DNA of 51,967 nucleotides. It comes from an uncultured Gammaproteobacteria bacterium (GTDB taxonomy: Bacteria > Patescibacteriota > Microgenomatia > Levybacterales > UBA12049). Position 1 is the stretch's first letter, and each line of letters begins with the position of its first letter. The stretch lies in NCBI GenBank assembly GCA_964571255.1, contig CAZNAA010000001.1, forward strand, positions 82,167 through 134,133, given 5' to 3'. Shown here piece after piece: positions 9,404-16,097 of this stretch. Under the pieces are notes generated by a model that saw only the letters and a list, made by a program, of their open reading frames with translations, searched no databases and was not told where the DNA came from. The translations under genes were made by a program, and so were the position numbers.

Positions 9404-9643
9404 ATGACCCAAGCAATTATACAGATTGGTAACTCTGCAGGTATTATATTCCCTCAAGAGTTAAGAAAAGCACTTAACTTAAAAGTTGGAGATAAAATTA
9501 CTATGGAAAAAAAGAAAAATGTTATCGTAGTTACTCCTATAAAAAAACAAGCAATAAAAGGCATTGACGCTTCGTTTGCAAAAATAGTTGACGAATTTAT
9601 TGATGAACATGAGGATGTTCTTGCAGAATTAGCGAACAAGTGA
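9404..9643 (+). CDS. AbrB/MazE/SpoVT-family antitoxin
   Basis: IQIGNSAGIIFPQELRKALNLKVGDKI is a swapped-hairpin AbrB-type motif. Its TGA stop overlaps the GTG start of the Doc gene (GTGA). The TTG start at 9365 in the ORF track coincides with the promoter -35 element. Confidence 0.75.
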   Translation: MTQAIIQIGNSAGIIFPQELRKALNLKVGDKITMEKKKNVIVVTPIKKQAIKGIDASFAKIVDEFIDEHEDVLAELANK

Positions 9644-10026
9644 AATATTTAACACCTCAGCGAATTCTTCTTATCCACGATCGATTAATAAAACGTTTCG
9701 GAGGTTCACTTGGATTGCGAGACAAAGGACTTCTTGAGTCTGCCGCAGCAAGATTAAAGGTAACATTTGGTGGAGAAGATCTTTATCCTACTATTTTTCA
9801 TAAAGCTGCAGCTTTACTTCATTCGCTCTTGAAAAATCATCCGTTTGTCGATGGGAACAAAAGAACAGCACTTGCATCAGCAGGTATTTTTTTAAAACTA
9901 AACGGATACAAATTAATAAATCAGCATGAAAAAGAACTAGAATTTGCTTTAAAGATTGAGAATGAGAGTTTGTCGTTTGAAGAAATTATCAAGTGGCTTG
10001 AGAAGAACTCCGAAAAGTTAAAATAA
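9640..10026 (+). CDS. doc: Doc (death-on-curing) / Fic-family toxin
   Basis: Contains the Doc-type Fic motif HPFVDGNKRTA. Its size of 128 aa and its position immediately after a small antitoxin gene also fit. Confidence 0.85.
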   Translation: MKYLTPQRILLIHDRLIKRFGGSLGLRDKGLLESAAARLKVTFGGEDLYPTIFHKAAALLHSLLKNHPFVDGNKRTALASAGIFLKLNGYKLINQHEKELEFALKIENESLSFEEIIKWLEKNSEKLK

Positions 10027-10066
10027 CGATTGCTTCTTTTTAGTAAGGTGTCTTATACTACTGCAT

Positions 10067-10636
10067 ATGGTTCTCTCAGATCGAGATATAAAAAAAGCCC
10101 TTAAGTCAGGAAAAATAAAAATTGATCCTCTTCCTGATTTTGAAACTCAACTTGGTTCTTGCTCCATTGATTTACGACTTGGAAATGTTTTCCGAGTTTT
10201 TGAATACGTAAAAAAACCCTATATTGACCCTTCAAAAAAAGATTACAGTAATGAAATTACTGCAGAAGTTATTCTGAAAGATGGAGATCAATTCATCATG
10301 CAGCCAGGAGAGTTTGTCTTGGCTGTAACCCTTGAAAAGGTAACTATTCCACCGGATATGATGGGAAGGTTAGAGGGAAGATCATCACTTGGAAGACTTG
10401 GAATAGTTGTTCACTCTACAGCAAGTACCTTTGATCCAGGGTGGGATGGGAAATGTGTACTAGAACTTGGAAACTTAGGGAGAATGGCAGTTGCTCTAAC
10501 AGTTGGGATGAGAGTGTGTGCCATGGGATTTGAACAGTTATCCTCACCTGCAGAGATTCCTTACGGGAAAAAAGCTAGTGCAAAATATAAAATCCAAGAA
10601 GGAGTTCAGGAAAGTCGTATTCACCAGGACAAGTAA
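10067..10636 (+). CDS. dcd: dCTP deaminase
   Basis: Collinear with E. coli Dcd along its length: SDRDIKKAL, IDLRLGN, PGEFVLAVTLE, GRSSLGRLG, DPGW.G...LEL, AKY..Q.G....RI..D. Confidence 0.9.
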   Translation: MVLSDRDIKKALKSGKIKIDPLPDFETQLGSCSIDLRLGNVFRVFEYVKKPYIDPSKKDYSNEITAEVILKDGDQFIMQPGEFVLAVTLEKVTIPPDMMGRLEGRSSLGRLGIVVHSTASTFDPGWDGKCVLELGNLGRMAVALTVGMRVCAMGFEQLSSPAEIPYGKKASAKYKIQEGVQESRIHQDK

Positions 10637-10865
10637 AGATTAACTAACTATTTATTTCTAAGTTGGTTAATTGTCGGAATAGATGAATCAATAAGTTTTA
10701 AAGGCAATATTAAATTGGAATTGGTACGATTTGCCATACTAAATTTAGGCATATAATATAGTGTGAGTTCCTGTAGTGCTGAATTATACCATCGATTCTA
10801 ATAACTAGTGGTAGTTGATGAGAGAAGTTATCGGAGCTTCAGGCTGAATGATACTTTTCTATTGC

Positions 10866-11081
10866 TCAAGTGAGCTTCGAATTTGGTTCCAATTCAAAAA
10901 ATTTGGGAACCATTTTCTCAGTTAATGAAGTAATAAAATCTGTGTCTTTTTCGCCATACGGAGCATTCTGTATATCTCCGTAGTAAATATAACTTTCTTG
11001 AGGAAAATGAGTATTGAGGGATTTAAGAATTGTTAGCCCTCCAACTCCTGAATCGATAACACCAATTGGCCGATTATTCAT
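10866..11081 (-). pseudogene. murI: truncated glutamate racemase (murI) N-terminal remnant
   Basis: The 71-aa ORF begins with the MurI N-terminus (PIGVIDSGVGGLTILKSL...IYYGDIQNAPYGEK). It stops before the catalytic ACNTA region. The 229 nt downstream (10637..10865) contain no ORF continuing it. Confidence 0.6.
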
Positions 11082-11140
11082 AAAACCTATTATACCTCTC
11101 CTTGCTTCTTCTTTGAAACTTTTTTAAAGTATAAAGCAGA

Positions 11141-11827
11141 GTGAAACAGTTTTTAAATCTTGAAATTACATTTCGAAAAAATCCCTATTCAGGAATTTAT
11201 ATCGCTATTGAAGGAGTTGATGGATCTGGTAAGTCCACTCAAGCTCAGAAGATAAAAGAATATCTTGAACAGAAGGGAAAAACAGTTACTACTACCTATG
11301 AGCCAAATCTCTCCCTTTTCGGAGGAGAAGATATTTTAAAAGTATTTAGTAGTGAAAAACAGATTCCTCCACAAGCTCTGCAATACTTGTTAACAGCCAA
11401 TCGACTTATTAATCATGCAGAGATTGTTGAACCCACCCTTAAGAAAGGAAATATGCTTCTTACTGATAGATCATTTTGGTCAGCAGTAGTCTATGGCTGT
11501 ATGGATTTGAATAACACCTACTCTTTGGAAGATTCACGCCGTATGTTAGTGACCCAAAGTATTTTATCCATGTATCATCAATCTATTGTTCCTGATATTA
11601 CCTTTTATCTTTCTGTTTCTGCAGAAACAGGACTGGCTCGTCTTCAGGAGCGAAAAAAGAGTAGAGAGAATGATTTGTATGAGAAAAAAGAAAAGTTGGA
11701 GAAAGTTGTTGAAGGGTATACCTGGCTAGTAAATAACTATCCAGAGCAATTAATACAGATAGATGGAGAAAGAGCTATTGATGAAATCACCTCGGACATG
11801 ATACAAATTATTGAGACAAAAATATGA
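11141..11827 (+). CDS. tmk: thymidylate kinase
   Basis: P-loop IAIEGVDGSGKSTQ and a LTDRSFWS-type DR motif, with a size typical of Tmk. The start is a GTG. Confidence 0.9.
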   Translation: MKQFLNLEITFRKNPYSGIYIAIEGVDGSGKSTQAQKIKEYLEQKGKTVTTTYEPNLSLFGGEDILKVFSSEKQIPPQALQYLLTANRLINHAEIVEPTLKKGNMLLTDRSFWSAVVYGCMDLNNTYSLEDSRRMLVTQSILSMYHQSIVPDITFYLSVSAETGLARLQERKKSRENDLYEKKEKLEKVVEGYTWLVNNYPEQLIQIDGERAIDEITSDMIQIIETKI

Positions 11828-12363
11828 TTCTAGGACCAAAAATATTACTTGAACTTGTTAAAAAAGAAAAGCTTGTTGAGAACTTAGCAGAGCGTGAGCT
11901 TACTAACCCAGAAGGTGCAGGATTTGATCTGCGGGTTGGAGAAGTCTATAAAATTACAGGAGATGCATTCCTTGGAGAAACTGAGCGGAAGACTCCTGAT
12001 ATTGAACTGGTTGAGGAATATAAGGAAGGAGAAAAGCGAAGTATTACTATTAATCCCGGAGACTTTTTTCTCGTTAAGACAATGGAAAGTGTGAATATGC
12101 CCCAAAACCTTACGGCTAATATGAAACCGAGATCAACTACCTTTCGAAGTGGGATTATGATTCGTACAGGAAATATCCCTCCTGGATATTGTGGGGGACT
12201 CACCTTTGCTCTGAAAAATGAAGGACCAGTTCCCGTAACAATTGAGATGGGAGCTCGGATTATCCATGTTCAGTTTGAAGAGGTTGAAGGTGGAGGAAAT
12301 ATGTATCGGGGACAATGGCAAGGTGGAAGGGTCAGTGCAACGAAAAAAGAAACCCAAGTTTAA
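11824..12363 (+). CDS. dCTP deaminase/dUTPase-superfamily protein (possibly a Dcd-like dUTPase)
   Basis: Shows Dcd/Dut-fold motifs (GFDLRVGE, PGDFFLVKTMESV, PRSTTFRSG, PPGYCGGLTF). At the position of the Dcd catalytic Glu (VLEL in the first paralog) it reads FALKN. ATGA overlap with tmk. Confidence 0.7.
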   Translation: MILGPKILLELVKKEKLVENLAERELTNPEGAGFDLRVGEVYKITGDAFLGETERKTPDIELVEEYKEGEKRSITINPGDFFLVKTMESVNMPQNLTANMKPRSTTFRSGIMIRTGNIPPGYCGGLTFALKNEGPVPVTIEMGARIIHVQFEEVEGGGNMYRGQWQGGRVSATKKETQV

Positions 12364-12420
12364 ATAACACTAATAACTGGCAGAATTACCTTCTTATCTA
12401 TACATCAAAAACTCAATCTC

Positions 12421-12456
12421 TTGACAAGAATACTCTTTAGTAATAAAATATTACTA
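12421..12456 (+). promoter_or_regulatory. promoter (TTGACA-17-TAAAAT) plus 8-3-8 palindromic operator of the VapBC module
   Basis: TTGACA at 12421..12426 and TAAAAT at 12444..12449. TAGTAATA (12438..12445), AAA, TATTACTA (12449..12456) form a perfect palindrome ending 2 nt before the ATG at 12459. Confidence 0.6.
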
Positions 12457-12458
12457 GT

Positions 12459-12755
12459 ATGAAAATAGGATTATTTGCAACGGCCAATGATAAAGGACAG
12501 ATAGTTATTCCTAAAGAAATTAGGGACATTTTGGGTATTGATATAAATGTAACCTTCAGTCTCACCATTGCTGGTAATGGAATATATCTTTATCCTGTTG
12601 AAGAATTTGTTACAAAAGCAGAGAGAGAGAGTTCCTATGTAAACCTTTTAGAAAAAACAAAAGGAAGCTGGAAAGGTGAAGAGTGGGATGAGATAAACAA
12701 GAACAGATCTCTTATTGAGTTAGAAGCTTCAAAATTAAGAAAAAAACCATGGTAA
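12459..12755 (+). CDS. vapB: AbrB/SpoVT-type antitoxin (VapB-like)
   Basis: GQIVIPKEIRDILGI is an AbrB-type DNA-binding motif. The gene overlaps the PIN toxin gene by 7 nt. Confidence 0.75.
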   Translation: MKIGLFATANDKGQIVIPKEIRDILGIDINVTFSLTIAGNGIYLYPVEEFVTKAERESSYVNLLEKTKGSWKGEEWDEINKNRSLIELEASKLRKKPW

Positions 12756-13153
12756 TCCTTGATACGAATATCATTATTGATCATTTAAGACTATCTGAAA
12801 AACAGGATTCTGAATTGATAAAAATTGCTAAACAAAAACCAAAAGAAGTACTTGCTATATCAATGATTAGTGTGCAGGAGTTATATGAGGGTAGGAGTAC
12901 TAAGGATAACGAAAAAGAACAATATCTACTTGCAACTATTAGCCCTTTGCAAATACTGCCATATACATATGAGATTGCTCAATTGGCAGGAGAAATAGCA
13001 AGAGATTTAGATCATCCTATAGAGCTTGCAGATGCTATTATAGCAGCTACAACGTTACTTAACGGAGCATCACTTCTTACTCTTAACAAGAAAGATTTTA
13101 TAAGTATTGAAAATCTTAGAGTTATCGAATCCTCCGAAATTGATAGTAACTGA
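12749..13153 (+). CDS. vapC: PIN-domain ribonuclease toxin VapC
   Basis: N-terminal ILDTNIIIDHL supplies the first acidic residue and a later LADAIIAATT motif follows. At 134 aa it has the usual VapC size. Confidence 0.85.
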   Translation: MVILDTNIIIDHLRLSEKQDSELIKIAKQKPKEVLAISMISVQELYEGRSTKDNEKEQYLLATISPLQILPYTYEIAQLAGEIARDLDHPIELADAIIAATTLLNGASLLTLNKKDFISIENLRVIESSEIDSN

Positions 13154-13202
13154 GTGAGTTATACATCTTGTCTCCTCAAATTATTCCTTGTAAAGTAGTA
13201 TC

Positions 13203-13538
13203 ATGTTAACTCAGGGTGATCTAAAACAGATAAGAACAATTATTAGAGAAGAAGGAGAAAACGAAGTCGTTAGGGCTAAAAATAGAATTCAATCTGATAT
13301 GGCTATAGTCGAGACTGGCATAAGTACAATCAGTGAGGGTGTTGAAGAAGTAAATAAAAGACTCACTAGTGTTTCGATGAAAGTAGATAGCATGGCAAAG
13401 AAGATAACTAGTTTGGAAAGAAAGACGAGAAAAATAGATAAAGATGTAAGTGCTCTTATAAAACGTACAGATAGAGAGGATGTTCTGTTACAAAAACGAG
13501 TAAGTAAAATCGAAACGCATTTAGGTTTATCAATATAA
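13203..13538 (+). CDS. hypothetical coiled-coil protein
   Basis: 111-aa charged, heptad-like sequence. It ends 1 nt before the thyA start, so it is probably co-transcribed. Confidence 0.45.
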   Translation: MLTQGDLKQIRTIIREEGENEVVRAKNRIQSDMAIVETGISTISEGVEEVNKRLTSVSMKVDSMAKKITSLERKTRKIDKDVSALIKRTDREDVLLQKRVSKIETHLGLSI

Positions 13539-13539
13539 T

Positions 13540-14523
13540 ATGAAAACTCCACAGGATCATCCAGAGTATGCCTACTTAAATCTTCTCCAAGATGTTTTGG
13601 ATCATGGATCTAAAATTGTTGATCGGGGAACTGATGTAACTTTGTATAGTGTCTTTGGAAGACAAATTCGATTTGATCTTTCCAAAGGTTTTCCTCTTCT
13701 AACTACGAAAAAAGTTTTCTGGAAAGGAATAGTTTCTGAGTTGTATTGGTTTATGTCAGGAATGACCAATATTAAATATTTAGTAGATAACAATTCTCAC
13801 TTTTGGGATGATTATCCTTATAAAATCTATAAGGAAAAAGTAGCTAAAGGAGAATTTCCTGAGATTACGAAAGAAGAATTCATTCAAAAAATAAAAGATG
13901 ATAGTGATTTTGCTTCAATCCATGGAGAACTGCCGAAAATCTATGGAGAGATGTGGAGAGCCTGGCCAACTAGAACTGGAGGAAAGATTGATCAGCTAGG
14001 ATGGGTAATTCAAGAATTAAAAGACGACCCATTTGCAAAAAATCTTATCGTTAATTCCTGGAACCCAGAATATCTCTACACCATGGCAACCAATGCTGAT
14101 GCTTCTCGGTTTCCGATTTGTCACAATATGTATCAAATCAGCGTCAAAGAAGGAAAGCTTTCACTCCAACTCTATCAAAGAAGTGCAGATCTATTTTTAG
14201 GGGTTCCATTTAATATTGCCAGTTATGCACTCCTTGCCTTAATTCTTGCCCAAATCACAGGATATAAACCTGGAGAGTTTATTCACACCTTTGGAGATGC
14301 ACATATTTATGAGAATCATTTATCTCAAGTAAAAGAACAATTAACTCGAGATCCAAAGCCATTCCCAACAGTTACTCTTGATCCATCATTTAAAACACTT
14401 GATGAATTCAAGGTGGAACATGTAACTCTTAATAATTATGATCCTCACCCAGGACTGAAAGGGGAGTTAACTGTTGCTGGTGGACTGTACGTCAAAAAAG
14501 AAGACGAAGAACAAGCTGCATGA
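13540..14523 (+). CDS. thyA: thymidylate synthase (ThyA, long form with insertion)
   Basis: Has NSWNP, the catalytic-Cys motif FPICHNMYQ, and LYQRSADLFLGVPFNIASYALL. A roughly 50-aa insertion resembles that of Lactobacillus/Bacillus-type ThyA. Confidence 0.93.
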   Translation: MKTPQDHPEYAYLNLLQDVLDHGSKIVDRGTDVTLYSVFGRQIRFDLSKGFPLLTTKKVFWKGIVSELYWFMSGMTNIKYLVDNNSHFWDDYPYKIYKEKVAKGEFPEITKEEFIQKIKDDSDFASIHGELPKIYGEMWRAWPTRTGGKIDQLGWVIQELKDDPFAKNLIVNSWNPEYLYTMATNADASRFPICHNMYQISVKEGKLSLQLYQRSADLFLGVPFNIASYALLALILAQITGYKPGEFIHTFGDAHIYENHLSQVKEQLTRDPKPFPTVTLDPSFKTLDEFKVEHVTLNNYDPHPGLKGELTVAGGLYVKKEDEEQAA

Positions 14524-14972
14524 GTACTCCTGAAACAAAAGAAGAAATAAAACCCATCCCTACTGTAGGAATTACCGTATTTAATGAAGATAGAGTTCTT
14601 CTTGTGTGTCATGGAGAGTCTGCCGGACATATAACCGGAATATATGGAATTCCTTCAGGAAGACTTGAAGAAGGAGAAACTGATGAAGAAGCAGCAAGAA
14701 GAGAGCTTAAAGAAGAGGCAGGACTTGAAGCTGAGGAGATTCAAGAATTTCCAGACAATAGGTTTATTGCTGATATTCCCCGAAAAGATGGAACTATTAG
14801 AAGATACTCTTGGAGAGTATTTCGGGTTACGAAATATAGAGGAGAGCTAGAAGGAAGTGACGAGACAACTCCTGAATGGGTAACAGATGAAAGATTGCAG
14901 GAATTAGCAGAAAATGATCAATTACTTCCTAACACTTTAGTTGCAATAGAAAGAGCCAGAAAAAATGTATAG
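14520..14972 (+). CDS. NUDIX hydrolase
   Basis: Nudix box GRLEEGETDEEAARRELKEEAGL. ATGA overlap with thyA. Confidence 0.8.
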   Translation: MSTPETKEEIKPIPTVGITVFNEDRVLLVCHGESAGHITGIYGIPSGRLEEGETDEEAARRELKEEAGLEAEEIQEFPDNRFIADIPRKDGTIRRYSWRVFRVTKYRGELEGSDETTPEWVTDERLQELAENDQLLPNTLVAIERARKNV

Positions 14973-15426
14973 TAACACTCCAGAAAACTATATTTGTCCT
15001 ATCTGTATTGGATTAAGTGGGGAAGAGAGTGAGAGAACCTTAATGCGCCAATCAGATGTCGTTTATAAAGATGACTTGGTGACAGCGTTTATTAACTCTT
15101 TTTTTGTAGGGAAAAATCCAGGACACGTTATTGTAGTTCCCAATACTCATTATGAAAATATTTATGATCTCCCAGTCTCTGTTGGAGCAAGAGTGTTTGA
15201 GATTTCTCAAAAAATCTCTTTAGCCATGAAGAAAGTATACAGTTGTGACGGGATTACCATAAGGCAAAACAATGAACCTGCAGGAGATCAACACGCCTTT
15301 CATTATCATCTCCATATTTTCCCCAGGTATACTGACGACGGATATAATAATACTGGTGGAGAGAAACGATTGGCAGATCCAATAGAGAAAAAAGAATATG
15401 CTGAGAAGTTAAAACCTCATTTATAA
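14965..15426 (+). CDS. HIT-family nucleotide hydrolase/transferase
   Basis: Histidine triad HAFHYHLHIFPR. The start overlaps the NUDIX gene. Confidence 0.8.
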   Translation: MYSNTPENYICPICIGLSGEESERTLMRQSDVVYKDDLVTAFINSFFVGKNPGHVIVVPNTHYENIYDLPVSVGARVFEISQKISLAMKKVYSCDGITIRQNNEPAGDQHAFHYHLHIFPRYTDDGYNNTGGEKRLADPIEKKEYAEKLKPHL

Positions 15427-15433
15427 TACTTCT

Positions 15434-15925
15434 ATGATTTCACTAATCGCTGCAATTGATGACAAAAACGGGATGGGAAAAAAAGGGTTTCTTCCATGGC
15501 ATATTTCAGAAGACATGAAATGGTTTCGTGAAACAACTAGAGGTCATCCTGTCATTATGGGAAGAAAAACCTTTGATTCTATTGAAGGAAGAGTCCTTCC
15601 GAACCGAACAAATTTTGTTATAACTCGAGATATTTCTCAGATTGAACCTCAAGAAAATCTAATTGTCCTTACCTCACTTACTGAGGCAATTGAGAAAGCA
15701 CAAAAGGTAGAAGGGGGAGAGGAAGTATTTATTCTTGGTGGGGGACAAGTTTATGAACAGGCAATACATCTGGTCGACAGACTCTACCTGACAAGAGTAG
15801 AGGGGGACTTTGACTGTGATGTCTTTTTCCCGGATTATTCTCAATTTTCTAAGGAAGTATATAAAAGAGAGAGTAAGGATGAAGAACACTCTTACACATT
15901 TTATATTCTCGAAAAAACGATCTAG
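15434..15925 (+). CDS. folA: dihydrofolate reductase
   Basis: Has MISLIAAIDDKNGMGKKGFLPWH, VIMGRKTFDSI and GGGQVYEQ, which are FolA signatures. Confidence 0.9.
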   Translation: MISLIAAIDDKNGMGKKGFLPWHISEDMKWFRETTRGHPVIMGRKTFDSIEGRVLPNRTNFVITRDISQIEPQENLIVLTSLTEAIEKAQKVEGGEEVFILGGGQVYEQAIHLVDRLYLTRVEGDFDCDVFFPDYSQFSKEVYKRESKDEEHSYTFYILEKTI

Positions 15926-15934
15926 TTTGTTCTC

Positions 15935-15963
15935 TTGACACTCTTTTCTTCTCCATTTATAGT
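15935..15963 (+). promoter_or_regulatory. sigma70-type promoter of the serine/glycine operon (TTGACA-17-TATAGT)
   Basis: TTGACA at 15935..15940, a 17-nt spacer, and TATAGT at 15958..15963. Confidence 0.6.
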
Positions 15964-15969
15964 GTTTGT

Positions 15970-16097
15970 GTGATGTACAAATGAATCCACGAGTAGACTT
16001 TTATAACAACTATTCTCCATGTAGTGCCTCCTCAGTTTAGTGGGAGGACCTTGTCGTGGAAGAAAAGACATACCTCCCAGAAGCGGGAGGTTTTTTT
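15970..16097 (+). promoter_or_regulatory. structured 5' leader with mutually exclusive helices (attenuator or riboswitch-like) ending in a terminator that also sequesters the SD
   Basis: Segment 1 is CCTCC (16027..16031), segment 2 TGGGAGG (16041..16047), segment 3 CCTCCCA (16073..16079) and segment 4 GGGAGG (16085..16090), followed by T7 (16091..16097). Pairings 1:2, 2:3 and 3:4 are all possible. Segment 4 is the only SD for the ATG at 16098. Confidence 0.55.
16072..16097 (+). terminator. intrinsic terminator hairpin inside the ser leader
   Basis: ACCTCCC-AGAAGC-GGGAGGT followed by a 7-T run immediately before the ATG at 16098. Confidence 0.6.

Noticed and set aside
10637-10865. 229-nt gene-free region checked for a tRNA or small RNA
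   Set aside because: I could find no cloverleaf arms or T-loop consensus (GTTCGAATC-like). It is most simply the decayed 3' portion of murI.
16020-16060. Possible degenerate T-box core (AGTGGGAGGACC) in the ser leader
   Set aside because: It is one nucleotide short of the GGGUGGUACC pattern. It has no 7-nt bulge/helix arrangement like the clear T-box at 36886..36917. The leader, at about 125 nt, is also too short for Stem I-III. I keep it only as an alternative hypothesis within the attenuator finding.
16056-16097. GTG start at 16056 for the serB/serA fusion (ORF-track N-terminus MEEKTYLPEAGGFF)
   Set aside because: It would translate through the terminator hairpin and U-tract. The ATG at 16098 is preceded by GGGAGG and gives the canonical HAD N-terminus MKKTYFIIDFDST.
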